A stretch of DNA of 64,000 bases, from NCBI GenBank assembly GCA_041743505.1, contig JBGTMQ010000021.1, positions 64,521 to 128,520 on the forward strand, given 5' to 3'. The translations under genes and the position numbers were made by a program. Under the pieces are notes generated by a model. The model worked only from the letters and a program-made list of their open reading frames with translations, had not been told where the DNA came from and did not search any database. This DNA comes from Candidatus Saccharimonadia bacterium (GTDB taxonomy: Bacteria; Patescibacteriota; Saccharimonadia; UBA4664). This document shows, in pieces, positions 1 through 9,056 of this stretch. The number at the start of each line of letters is the position of its first letter. The stretch's first letter is position 1.

Positions 1-612
1 CTGGCATTTGGGGCTATCGCTGGACCGGTCCTATTTACGCTTAGCTGGTTCACCCTCGGCTTCCTAAGCACTGGCTATACACTTTTTGGCACCAGGATCG
101 AGCCTTACTCATCCATTACCCAGCCTATCAGTGGCTTGGGCATGGGCTCAACAGCTCCTTTTATGAATACAGCGTTTATTGTTATGGGTATTTTATTGAT
201 AGCTGGTGTTCTCGGTATTTTTCAGAGCATAAAGCAAATGAGTGCTGCTACCCGTTGGAGCTGTACGGTGCTGCTGGCGCTTCCAGGTTTAGGGGCTATT
301 ATATGCGGCATCTTTAATCTGGAATTGTTCATGCTGCACTTCCTGGGCTTTGGTTTGCTCTTGATGTCAGTTCCAGGATTTCTCGTTACAGGGTTTCTCC
401 TTCGTCGAGTTCCGCGCTGGCGGCGTTTTGGCAACTGGCTGATGATAGCCAGCCCGCTGACGGTCGTGCTAACAATTCTATACTTTGCGACTTTCAATCC
501 GGAGGCAGCCGGTCAGGGGCTTGGGGTAGCAGGCGTCACGCAGCGCATAATGGTCACTGAAATTCTGGTGTGGTATGTGGCCATGGGTTGGTTGGCTTTG
601 CGGCGGGGCTGA
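1..612 (+). CDS. DUF998-family membrane protein, 5'-truncated by the window edge
   Basis: Frame is open from base 1 (LAFGAIAGPVLF...YSSITQPISGLG); multiple TM segments; C-terminal GVTQRI motif typical of DUF998. Confidence 0.7.
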   Translation: MAFGAIAGPVLFTLSWFTLGFLSTGYTLFGTRIEPYSSITQPISGLGMGSTAPFMNTAFIVMGILLIAGVLGIFQSIKQMSAATRWSCTVLLALPGLGAIICGIFNLELFMLHFLGFGLLLMSVPGFLVTGFLLRRVPRWRRFGNWLMIASPLTVVLTILYFATFNPEAAGQGLGVAGVTQRIMVTEILVWYVAMGWLALRRG

Positions 613-619
613 AATGAAA

Positions 620-645
620 GGGTGCGCTCTTGGTCGAGCGCACCC
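620..645. terminator. Hairpin between convergent genes
   Basis: GGGTGCGCTC-ttggtc-GAGCGCACCC perfect 10-bp stem. Confidence 0.55.
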
Positions 646-660
646 GTTGGCGTGTAGAAG

Positions 661-804
661 TTACTTGTCCTCTTGCTGACTGCCTTGCCGTGAGTCGGTG
701 TCAAGACCCGCGAGCTGGCGGCCGGCTTGAATTGATGCATCACGTCCGGTATTGAGGGCGTTAGCCTGCTCATGGACCGTATCCCGGTCGGTTGATTCGG
801 GCAT
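661..804 (-). CDS. Small hydrophilic hypothetical protein (47 aa, MPESTDRD...)
   Basis: ATG preceded by purine-rich AGAGAGGCAGGAAACC; ends before the hairpin at 620-645. Confidence 0.4.
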   Translation of the reverse strand: MPESTDRDTVHEQANALNTGRDASIQAGRQLAGLDTDSRQGSQQEDK

Positions 805-919
805 GGTTTCCTGCCTCTCTTGGTTGGGCTGGTACCTTCGGTCATGATACCAGCTTTGGCGTAAGCTAAGAAAATAAAGGCGGGGCTCGGTGTGAGCCCC
901 GCAGAGGGAGTGGTTGAGG

Positions 920-1354
920 TCAGTAGCGCGAGTGGCAGCCCGGAATAAGGCTACGAACGATACAGGTAATAAGATGCGGCAGACCTCCTTCACTATCGGC
1001 ATGGCGACCGATACCGGCTACGATGCCAAACAGGATGATTACTGCACCGACCCAACCGATGGCCCAGACCCACTGGTATCCATGGCCGACGACGGAGGTA
1101 AGCAGTGCGACCGGTAAACTGGCAACGGCCAAGGGAACCATCCAGTAAGCATCCGCGATGTCCCCCAGGGAGTAGCCCAGCCACAAAACGGCAAGGCCGA
1201 TGAGTGACACGATGGAACCAAGTACTAGCCCGGCAGCGATGTGTCCGGAGACGGCCGCCGCAGTCAAACCAAGGCCGGCCGCGATGGGAAGGGCGATGGA
1301 CCAACCGGCGCCGCGCAGATGGCGGAATCCGGCACGACGAGCTGGATAATACAT
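920..1354 (-). CDS. Hypothetical membrane protein (about 4 TM)
   Basis: AGGAGG upstream; hydrophobic segments. Confidence 0.55.
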   Translation of the reverse strand: MYYPARRAGFRHLRGAGWSIALPIAAGLGLTAAAVSGHIAAGLVLGSIVSLIGLAVLWLGYSLGDIADAYWMVPLAVASLPVALLTSVVGHGYQWVWAIGWVGAVIILFGIVAGIGRHADSEGGLPHLITCIVRSLIPGCHSRY

Positions 1355-1508
1355 CCTTACTACCTCCTAAGGCAAAGGAATGGAGTTTCGAGCTGCCTAT
1401 TATTATACTACGTTTCTGATATAATTACAAGTATCAGGTATGCAAAAAGAGCCAAGATCTGGCTGCTATTGAAAGAGCTTGGGTTTGGCTCTTTAAGAAT
1501 AAAAACTA

Positions 1509-1584
1509 TGGTGCGCCCGGAGGGATTTGAACCCCCGACACCCAGTACCGGAAACTGGTGCTCTATCCCCTGAGCTACGGGCGC
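1509..1584 (-). tRNA. tRNA-Arg (anticodon CCG)
   Basis: Reverse complement GCGCCCGTAGCTCAGGGGATAGAGCACCAGTTTCCGGTACTGGGTGTCGGGGGTTCAAATCCCTCCGGGCGCACCA folds as a cloverleaf; anticodon loop TTCCGGT; encoded CCA. Confidence 0.97.
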
Positions 1585-1670
1585 GTACTAACGTTTATGT
1601 ATTATATAGATAAGACGTGCGGTTGTCAGGGCCTCTGGAACATAGTGGCAATGTCAGTTAAGCTTTGAGT

Positions 1671-2075
1671 ATGAGTAACGTGGCACTCGCAACCGAAGAA
1701 TCCAAGACAGCGCTGGAGGACAGCGTATCCTGGTATTTGGCCGACCGACTGACTGATCCGGCCATGCCGATTGCAACCAAAAAATATATGACCGGCGATA
1801 ATTTACTGGTGTATCTGACGCGGTGTAATGTGGCGGAATCGGCTGTGCCTAGGGTAAAGGTACAAGTGCTGCGCCGGGTAGACGGCGGGGTGCATGAGAC
1901 CGGTTACCAGCTGTATGGCGACCACCGGTTTGAGAAATATCAGAATGCCATGATTTTTGGCGGGCAGGCTACGGAAGGGGCCGCTGATGCCGGCCCCCAA
2001 CAAGTCACCCAAGAAGAGGCTGGGCAACTCCTTCAGCTGCTTTCGACCTTGCAGTCCGCCCGGCAAACACTGTAG
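1671..2075 (+). CDS. Hypothetical protein
   Basis: ORF abuts murB (TAG-ATG), implying an operon. Confidence 0.6.
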   Translation: MSNVALATEESKTALEDSVSWYLADRLTDPAMPIATKKYMTGDNLLVYLTRCNVAESAVPRVKVQVLRRVDGGVHETGYQLYGDHRFEKYQNAMIFGGQATEGAADAGPQQVTQEEAGQLLQLLSTLQSARQTL

Positions 2076-3008
2076 ATGAAGCTGGCGATTCCAAACTTGC
2101 AGCACAACGTGCCATTGGCGCCGTATACGACGTACCAGATTGGCGGACCGGCGGATGACTTTGTGGAGGTGCGTAACCAGCATGAGCTGGCTGCAGCGGT
2201 GCTGGCCGCCCGGGCTGCTGGCGTGCCGTATTTTGTGTTGGGTACCGGCGCCAATATCCTGGTGACCGACAAAGGCTTTCGCGGACTGGTTATTCGAAAC
2301 CGGGCCGACCGGGCGGTGGTGCATGGTAACCAGCTGACGGCCGAGAGTGGCGCCACTATCGCTAGCACTATTGATCTGAGCGCGGTTTATGGGCTGAGCG
2401 GCCTGGAGCATTTTGTACTTATCCCCTCTTCGGTGGGTGGCGCCATGTGGCAGAACCTGCACTTTGCCAGCGTGGATGCCCCTCATTGGGATAAAACCGG
2501 CGAACTCAAGGGTGGGCAGACACTGTATGTGGAAGAAGTGGTGCAGTCGGCAAAAGTAATGAACGAAGACGGTAAGATGCAGACGGTAGACCGGGGATTT
2601 TTTGCCTTTGGTTATGACGATAGCATTTTGCACCATCGCCAACTGATTGTGCTGGAGGTGACCTTTGAGCTTAAGCCCAAATCAAAGCGGGCTATTGAAC
2701 TGCAGATGCAAGCTAATGCGGCTTGGCGGCGGGCTAAGCAACCGCAATTACCTGATTTCCCGTCCTGTGGTTCGATATTCAAGAAGATTGAAGGCGTGGG
2801 CGCCGGCCGGCTGATTGACCAGACCGGACTTAAGGGCAAGACGATTGGCGAGGTGCAGGTCTCTGAGAAACACGCCAATTACATGGTGAACCTAGGCGGC
2901 GCCAAGGCGGCCGACGTGCTGGCACTGATTGAGCTGGTGCAGCGCGAGGTTAAAGCCGCCACCGGCTACGAGCTGCATACTGAGATCGGCGTTATTGGGG
3001 AGCGTTAA
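2076..3008 (+). CDS. murB: UDP-N-acetylenolpyruvoylglucosamine reductase
   Basis: TTYQIGGPAD, LGTGANILV, GLEHFVLIPSSVGGA, PSCGSIFK, SEKHANY motifs. Confidence 0.95.
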   Translation: MKLAIPNLQHNVPLAPYTTYQIGGPADDFVEVRNQHELAAAVLAARAAGVPYFVLGTGANILVTDKGFRGLVIRNRADRAVVHGNQLTAESGATIASTIDLSAVYGLSGLEHFVLIPSSVGGAMWQNLHFASVDAPHWDKTGELKGGQTLYVEEVVQSAKVMNEDGKMQTVDRGFFAFGYDDSILHHRQLIVLEVTFELKPKSKRAIELQMQANAAWRRAKQPQLPDFPSCGSIFKKIEGVGAGRLIDQTGLKGKTIGEVQVSEKHANYMVNLGGAKAADVLALIELVQREVKAATGYELHTEIGVIGER

Positions 3009-4056
3009 TTGAGAGGGGGGTTTCCTTTGGGTGGCGGCGTAGGTAGGCGCGGGAGTCAAGGAAGGCGATGACGATGAAGAATATCCCGGCTAAGCCAATC
3101 ACCACCTGGGGAATTTCATAGCCGATCGTAATTAATAGCAGGACGGCCAGGACGCCGATGCCGTAATGGGCGCCGTGCTCCAAATAGACATAGCGGGCTA
3201 GAGTGCCTTCGCGCACCAGGTAAATGGTTAGTGACCGCACGAATAGCGCGCCAATACCAAGACCCAGAGCGATCACGAGAATCTGGTTACTGACCGCAAA
3301 GGCGCCAACTACCGCATCAAAGCTGAAGCTGGCATCCAGCACTTCCAGGTAGATAAAGCCAAACAAGCCGGCCTGCGTCAGGTGTTTGGCGGTTTGAGCT
3401 TTGAGTAAGCCTGATTTTTCGATCCGGTCAATATCAAACAACTTGGTCAGGCTGGTCACCGAAAGATAGACGGCCATCCCGGTTACGCCGGCCAAGAGGA
3501 CTGTGGAAGCGTGATGGTGGCCGATGGTGGCTGCCACGAGAGCCAGGGTAAATAGTGAAATGATGACGGTGAGGTTTTCCAGGCGGCCGATGGACGCCAG
3601 GGCGTTTTCCAGCCGGACCAGCCACTTGATGCGGCGGTCTTCAAAAATGAAGTCGAGGAATAACATTAACAGGAATATGCCACCGAAAGCCGCGATGGCC
3701 GGATGGGCCTGCAAAATGACGGCCTCGTACTTCTCGGGCGAGTTAACGGCCAAGTTAAGTACTTCTATGGGCCCGAGATTGCCGGCGATGCTGACGATGA
3801 GCAGAGGAAACACCAAGCGCATGCCGAACACGGCGATGAAAATGCCGAGTGTCAGAAACAGACGCTGCCAGAACGGGCTCATGCGGCTTAGGACTTTGGC
3901 GTTGACGACCGCATTATCGAAGGAGAATGTTAGCTCTAAGAGCACCAGTATCAATACGCTGAGGGTTATCGCCGGTCCGGCCGTGAATGGCAGAAGAATA
4001 AAAATGGCCGCAGTAATGACCACGGGGATACGGAAAGCATGAAACATATATCCCAT
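2992..4056 (-). CDS. DUF475/TerC-family integral membrane protein
   Basis: LELTFSFDNAVVNA, YLEVLDASFSFDAV, YLEHGAHY motifs; exact start uncertain. Confidence 0.9.
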   Translation of the reverse strand: MGYMFHAFRIPVVITAAIFILLPFTAGPAITLSVLILVLLELTFSFDNAVVNAKVLSRMSPFWQRLFLTLGIFIAVFGMRLVFPLLIVSIAGNLGPIEVLNLAVNSPEKYEAVILQAHPAIAAFGGIFLLMLFLDFIFEDRRIKWLVRLENALASIGRLENLTVIISLFTLALVAATIGHHHASTVLLAGVTGMAVYLSVTSLTKLFDIDRIEKSGLLKAQTAKHLTQAGLFGFIYLEVLDASFSFDAVVGAFAVSNQILVIALGLGIGALFVRSLTIYLVREGTLARYVYLEHGAHYGIGVLAVLLLITIGYEIPQVVIGLAGIFFIVIAFLDSRAYLRRHPKETPLSINAPQ

Positions 4057-4183
4057 TATGCCACAGCCCACGGGCTTTGATATAATATTATTGATTTAAT
4101 TGATGACTCATGTCATTATTTCTTGGTCATCCCACTAGGTGACACGCTCCTATACAACCTAGATACGAGGAGGTGGCTTTCGC

Positions 4184-4966
4184 ATGGGTATCTTGTATAC
4201 CAACCCGTTTACGCCGGAGCGGATTTTGGCTGCAACTGAGGACCAGGAGTTGGCTGACCGGGCCGGGCGGGCCTTGGCGGCGATTGAGTCGGCAGGTATT
4301 GATCCGTGGCGCCAACCGATTGACTGGGCTTTACTACTGCACGTTGAAGGGCCACATGGTGTGGCGGCGCCGCTCGGGACGGTAGCCGAGGTGCTTATGC
4401 TACTTGCGGCCGTTAGCGATCCGGACGGCGGTGCGCCGGCAAGCTTTTTTAGCCGGGACGTTTCTGCTCCCAAGCTGGAGCAGCGAATTAACCTGATCAA
4501 TAGCCGTGGCTGGGTGGGGCGCAACCGCCCTGATAGCCCACGTAGCGGGTGCAACGTCTCGGGGGCCATGGAAGAGATATTGGTTAGCATTGCTGACGAA
4601 CATGACATCCCCGCACTAAAACAGCTGGCTTCGTTGTCTGATAAGGCTGAACCGCCCACCATTGTCATGCGTCCGCATGCGGTGGCAATTGTGGCTTATG
4701 ACAAGCCTGACTATTACTACCGCTTTCGGGACCTGATTCATTTGACGAGTCTGGTGCCCATCCGGTGGATCATTCTTTCCAGCGGGGAAGAAGTGGCTTC
4801 GTTTTACCAGAGCGAGCTCGCATTGCGTCAAAACGCCCATGTCGTGACACTGTCCAAGCAGGGCGTTGCCCTGCCCGAGGACCAGTTATTTGTGGCTACC
4901 GCCGAGGGTCTCGGCGACTGGTACCGGCTTCAGGCTGGAGAAGGGCTTGTTCCTTCTGAGGCCTAG
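4184..4966 (+). CDS. Hypothetical protein
   Basis: 260-aa ORF with GAGGAGG RBS; no recognised motif. Confidence 0.65.
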   Translation: MGILYTNPFTPERILAATEDQELADRAGRALAAIESAGIDPWRQPIDWALLLHVEGPHGVAAPLGTVAEVLMLLAAVSDPDGGAPASFFSRDVSAPKLEQRINLINSRGWVGRNRPDSPRSGCNVSGAMEEILVSIADEHDIPALKQLASLSDKAEPPTIVMRPHAVAIVAYDKPDYYYRFRDLIHLTSLVPIRWIILSSGEEVASFYQSELALRQNAHVVTLSKQGVALPEDQLFVATAEGLGDWYRLQAGEGLVPSEA

Positions 4967-5125
4967 CGATTGATGTTTTCAAGCGGGTAGTTGCGGCAAG
5001 CCTGCAACTACCCGCTATTTTGTGGCATAGATGGCCGTTATAATGTTGACTTATCGGCTTCTATGTTATATTGTTCTAACCTGACGCGTGTCACGTGTCG
5101 TTCATCTTCAGATTTGGAGGCGGTT

Positions 5126-5962
5126 ATGGCTAACCCATTCGTCAAAGCATGGAAGTACCTCATGGCATTGTTCTCGTCCAAGGTTGACGAATATGCTGAC
5201 CCCAAGGTACAGATCCAGCAAGCCATCGAGGACGCCCAGCGCCAGCACCAGGCCTTGTCGCAGCAGGCCGCGGCCGTTATTGGAAACCAGCGGCAGCTGG
5301 AAATGAAGCTTAACCGGCAGCTTGGCGAGATCGAGAAGTACCAGTCCTCGGCGCGGCAGGCGCTGGTGATGGCTGATGAGAAGCGTCGCGGCGGCGATGA
5401 GGCCGGGGCCCAGCAATACGAGCAGGCCGCCGAGTCCTTCGCCACCCAGTTGGTGACCGGCGAGCAGTCGGTGGAAGACCTCAAGACGCTGCACGACCAG
5501 TCCCTGCAGGCGGCCGCTCAGGCCAAGGGCGCAGTCGAGCAAAATGCCCTGGCGTTACAGCAAAAGCTAGCTGAGCGGTCCAAGCTGCTAACCCAGCTGG
5601 AACAGGCCAAGATGCAGGAGCAGGTTTCGGGCGCGCTGCGATCGATGACCGAGCTGGCTGCGCCGGGCAATGTGCCGTCGCTGGATGAAGTCCGGGACAA
5701 GATCGAGCGCCGGTACGCCAACGCCATCGGGGCAGCCGACCTGGCCAAGAACTCGGTGCAGGGACGGATGCTGGAAGTCCAGCATGCGACCACGGATGCG
5801 GCCGGCCGCAGCCGGCTGGAGCAAATCCGCCAGTCGATCTATGGTGCTCCGGTGACCGGCGCAATGCCCGCAGCCGATGCACCGGCTGCTTTGCCCGAAC
5901 CGGCGCCCGCTCCGGCGGCGACGGTAACCGACATCACGGGGCGCCAGCAGCGCTCCTCGTAG
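5126..5962 (+). CDS. pspA: PspA/IM30-family protein (actinobacterial Rv2744c-like)
   Basis: [43 protein letters not shown]-terminus; coiled coil; GGAGG RBS. Confidence 0.92.
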   Translation: MANPFVKAWKYLMALFSSKVDEYADPKVQIQQAIEDAQRQHQALSQQAAAVIGNQRQLEMKLNRQLGEIEKYQSSARQALVMADEKRRGGDEAGAQQYEQAAESFATQLVTGEQSVEDLKTLHDQSLQAAAQAKGAVEQNALALQQKLAERSKLLTQLEQAKMQEQVSGALRSMTELAAPGNVPSLDEVRDKIERRYANAIGAADLAKNSVQGRMLEVQHATTDAAGRSRLEQIRQSIYGAPVTGAMPAADAPAALPEPAPAPAATVTDITGRQQRSS

Positions 5963-5978
5963 CACGTTTCTTTGTAGC

Positions 5979-6018
5979 AATCCCTTGCCGGGCAGTCGCC
6001 CGGCAAGGGATTATTTTT
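5979..6018 (+). terminator. Intrinsic terminator after pspA
   Basis: AATCCCTTGCCGGGC/GCCCGGCAAGGGATT stem followed by ATTTTT. Confidence 0.85.
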
Positions 6019-6107
6019 GACGGTTTGACTGAACTATTATATAAACCGGTTAGCGGTTTGATTAAGCACTAATGAATGTTTATCTCCCATCATGAGATGA
6101 GGTTTTC

Positions 6108-6965
6108 ATGGCTGCCGTGTTAACCGTCGTACCTTACGACACCCCGGTAGGAGCAATGGACTCTGGGGGCGCTGAGATACGCTCCACGTCCAGTGCGGGC
6201 AAGTCTGAACTGGATATCCTGAAGCTGCTTGCCAAAGGCTTGCCGGATATGGAGGTAGCGGCCAAGCTGGGCATTGATGAGACTAGCGTCAAGCGTGATG
6301 TGCAGCTATTGATGACCAGGCTTATTACCTCGCTGGGGCAGGCACTTGAGCTGCTAACCGACCCCAAGCGCGAGCTGACTGTAGACGTATGGCTGCGGTT
6401 GTTTTGGGACTCCGCGCGGGAGCAAGGCTTGGTTTCTGAGGCTTTTTTGTTGCTATCGGCTGCTGCAACACACTTACCAAACCCGGGTATATCGCAGAGC
6501 GAAAAAGCTGATAATTCCCGGCTGACCAGGCGTGAGAAGGAGATTCTGCAGTACGTGGCTCGTGGTAGGAGAAACTATGAGATCGCCAACGAGTTGGTTA
6601 TCTCTTGCCGCACAGTGGAGTCCCATGCGAATGCGATAACCCGCAAGCTTAAGGCCCGGACCCGGGCGCATCTATTGCGCCGGGGCGTGGAAATGGGCGC
6701 TTTAGAGGTCCATAGCATATTCCATCCCTTTGGAATTTCAGAAGCGGTAACGCCGCAGCCGCGCTTCAGCCCCATGTGGTACCGGACACAGATTATGACC
6801 GGCCTCTCCTACGGCAAGTTCCATCAAGAAATTGGCAAGGAGCTGTCTCTCGATCATGCCGCCCTGGAAGGTCATCTCAAGTATCTGCGTGATATGCTGG
6901 ATGCCCGTACCTCGGCGGAGATTGTAGCGTTCGGTGCGCAGCGGGGTCTTCTGAGTTTTGGGTGA
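6108..6965 (+). CDS. LuxR-family regulator with multiple HTH-like repeats and no receiver domain
   Basis: Clear LTRREKEIL..VARG..NYEIANELVIS.RTVESH HTH plus degenerate copies at both ends. Confidence 0.8.
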   Translation: MAAVLTVVPYDTPVGAMDSGGAEIRSTSSAGKSELDILKLLAKGLPDMEVAAKLGIDETSVKRDVQLLMTRLITSLGQALELLTDPKRELTVDVWLRLFWDSAREQGLVSEAFLLLSAAATHLPNPGISQSEKADNSRLTRREKEILQYVARGRRNYEIANELVISCRTVESHANAITRKLKARTRAHLLRRGVEMGALEVHSIFHPFGISEAVTPQPRFSPMWYRTQIMTGLSYGKFHQEIGKELSLDHAALEGHLKYLRDMLDARTSAEIVAFGAQRGLLSFG

Positions 6966-6985
6966 CTTTCGAAGCGGCCTGCGAT

Positions 6986-7623
6986 AAGACCGTAATGACG
7001 TTTCGACGTCTTTACGGTCTTAGTTTTGCTTGATGGCCGGCGACTTTGCGGATGGGGCTTTTTCGTTGACGTAAGCAATGGTCATTGGTATAAAGCGAAT
7101 AGTGGTTTGATTTTGAGTATAGTGAATGATTGACTCAGCTGAGATGAGGTTTTTCATGACCACCGCACCCGCTACACACTTGCAACCGAGACTTTGTGAT
7201 GAAGCACCACCCCTGGATCCGCTTGCCAGATTTAGCGTATCACCGCGCGAGCGGCAAGTCTTGAAAGGTTTGGCCCAAGGCAAAACAAATTCTCAGATTG
7301 GCCGTAGCCTGTTTCTGGCGGAGGACACAATCAAGACTCACCTGCGGCGGCTCTTTCGCAAGCTGGATGTGACGGACAGGACGCAAGCTATAACCTTCGT
7401 TGTTGGTATATACCAGCAAATGCTGCGCGAGATTCTCGACCCAAAATCTGACCTGACAGACTCCCGGCGGTTAGCCTTGATCCGCCGGCTGGAACAAGGG
7501 CTGGCCGAAGATATAGGACGGCCGGCGCCAGTTATCTTTCCCGGGTGAATCAGGCGACATCAAAGACTGTAAAGACGCCCGGCGTCTTTACAGTCTTATT
7601 TTTGTTTGACGGCCGGCATTTTG
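6986..7623 (+). repeat. Two homologous terminator/3' flank copies (6986-7048 and 7563-7623) after the LuxR genes
   Basis: AAGACCGTAATGACG..CGTCTTTACGGTCTTAGTTTTGCTTGATGGCCGGC versus AAGACTGTAAAGACG..CGTCTTTACAGTCTTATTTTTGTTTGACGGCCGGC. Confidence 0.8.
7156..7548 (+). CDS. Solo LuxR-type HTH regulator
   Basis: SPRERQVLKGLAQGKTNSQIGRSLFLAEDTIKTHLRRLFRKLDVTDRTQA. Confidence 0.88.
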   Translation: MTTAPATHLQPRLCDEAPPLDPLARFSVSPRERQVLKGLAQGKTNSQIGRSLFLAEDTIKTHLRRLFRKLDVTDRTQAITFVVGIYQQMLREILDPKSDLTDSRRLALIRRLEQGLAEDIGRPAPVIFPG

Positions 7624-8588
7624 GGGGAAGAGGTGCTTGCTGATGGATGCCGGGCCAGCCAGCGTTCGGCGTCGATGGCGGCGGCGCAACCTGATCCGGC
7701 GGCGGTGACAGCCTGGCGGTAGGTATGATCGACCAGATCGCCAGCCGCAAAGACTCCAGGCAGGTTGGTTTGGGTAGCCGGTTCTGTGCCGCCGCTTCCT
7801 TGGACACGGACGTAGCCGGCCGGGTCGGTGCCGACCTGGGCGCGGACGAGTCCACTGCGCGGATCGTGGCCAATGGCCATAAAGACACCTGATACCGGCA
7901 GCTCGGATGTTTGGCCCGTGATGGTGTCGCGCAGCTCGAGACCGGTGACCTTGTCGTGACCAAGGACGCGGGTTACCTGGGTGTTGGTGTGCCAGATTAT
8001 TTTGGGATTGGCCTTGGCTCGTCTCAGCATGATTTTGGAAGCTTTGAATTCATCTCGCCGGTGAACGACGGTGACCGAGTTGGCGAAGCGGGTGAGGAAC
8101 AAGGCTTCCTCCATGGCTGAGTCCCCGCCCCCGACCACGGCTATGTCTTGGCCGCGGAAAAAGAACCCGTCGCAAGTGGCACAGGCGGAGACGCCGTGGC
8201 CGAGGAGGGCTTGCTCGCCGGGCACATTGAGGTAGCGAGTGGCTGCGCCCATGGCCAGGATGACGGCTTTGGTGGCGTGTATTTGGCCGGCGGCGGTGAC
8301 ATATTTGGTGTCACCGGTGAGTTCCACGGCTTCGGCATCTTGTTGGCTTAACTGGGCGCCGAAGCGGGCGGCCTGGTCGCGCATTTGTTGCATTAACTCC
8401 GGACCCATGATGCCGTCCTTAAAGCCGGGATAGTTTTCGACTTCGGTGGTCGTCATGAGTGCGCCACCGTACTGACTGCCTTCGAAGACGAGTGGCTCGA
8501 GCCCCGCCCGGGCGGCATAGACGGCCGCGGTATAGCCGGCCGGGCCGGACCCAATAATGATGAGATTTCTGACGTGCTCAGGCTTCAC
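7596..8588 (-). CDS. trxB: Thioredoxin reductase
   Basis: [38 protein letters not shown] motifs. Confidence 0.97.
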   Translation of the reverse strand: MKPEHVRNLIIIGSGPAGYTAAVYAARAGLEPLVFEGSQYGGALMTTTEVENYPGFKDGIMGPELMQQMRDQAARFGAQLSQQDAEAVELTGDTKYVTAAGQIHATKAVILAMGAATRYLNVPGEQALLGHGVSACATCDGFFFRGQDIAVVGGGDSAMEEALFLTRFANSVTVVHRRDEFKASKIMLRRAKANPKIIWHTNTQVTRVLGHDKVTGLELRDTITGQTSELPVSGVFMAIGHDPRSGLVRAQVGTDPAGYVRVQGSGGTEPATQTNLPGVFAAGDLVDHTYRQAVTAAGSGCAAAIDAERWLARHPSASTSSPKMPAVKQK

Positions 8589-8919
8589 TTATTATTTCTT
8601 CCTGTAATGCTGCCCCAATGGCTGTGGCCAGCTTAGACTGGTCCACGACGCCGACAGCTTCGAACCGGGTGCGACCGTTTTGGACTACCCGTACTGTCGG
8701 CAGAGCCATAATGCCCAGCCTGGTGGTGAGGCCCGGTTCCTCATCGACGTTTAATTTTGCTAGTACAATTTTACCATCAAAGGCGGCCTCCAATTCGCGT
8801 AGGCGCGGTTCCATGGTTAGGCATGGCCCACACCAGGGTGCCCAGACATCGAGCAGCACTAATTTTTCGGCTTTTACCACTACATCATCGTAGGTTTCTT
8901 CGGTCACGGACACAGGCAT
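8578..8919 (-). CDS. trxA: Thioredoxin
   Basis: WAPWCGPC active site; overlaps the trxB start. Confidence 0.95.
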   Translation of the reverse strand: MPVSVTEETYDDVVVKAEKLVLLDVWAPWCGPCLTMEPRLRELEAAFDGKIVLAKLNVDEEPGLTTRLGIMALPTVRVVQNGRTRFEAVGVVDQSKLATAIGAALQEEIISEA

Positions 8920-8960
8920 CTCCCCTCCTCAAGCCATTCTTCGGTAGTGTAATAAAACTA

Positions 8961-9046
8961 TTGACGTACGCTATATGCAGCGTACATAATGCTAATGCTA
9001 ACACATGTGGTGTACATAAGGCAATCGATAACACTAGATGCACAGG
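8961..9046 (+). promoter_or_regulatory. nrdA promoter with candidate NrdR boxes
   Basis: TTGACG(8961)-N18-CATAAT(8985); near-palindrome ACGCTATATGCAGCGT (8968-8983); weaker boxes at 8998-9013 and 9031-9046 resembling acaCwAtATaTwGtgt. Confidence 0.6.
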
Positions 9047-9056
9047 AGGGTGCGAC

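Noticed and set aside
600-1584. tRNA-Arg as the attachment site of an integrated element
   Set aside because: No integrase and no convincing duplicate of the tRNA 3' end; only a 7-nt match inside a terminator hairpin.
1803-2642. Long antisense or alternate-frame ORFs (also 10215-10952, 49224-50075, 50414-51358)
   Set aside because: They are shadows of well-supported GC-rich genes and have no motifs or RBS.
2992-4056. TerC-family gene as part of the TerY-like kinase system
   Set aside because: It is over 30 kb away with no other ter genes nearby.
8757-9056. 100-aa N-terminal extension of NrdA in the ORF track
   Set aside because: It overlaps trxA and the promoter; the SD and ATP-cone start place initiation at 9057.
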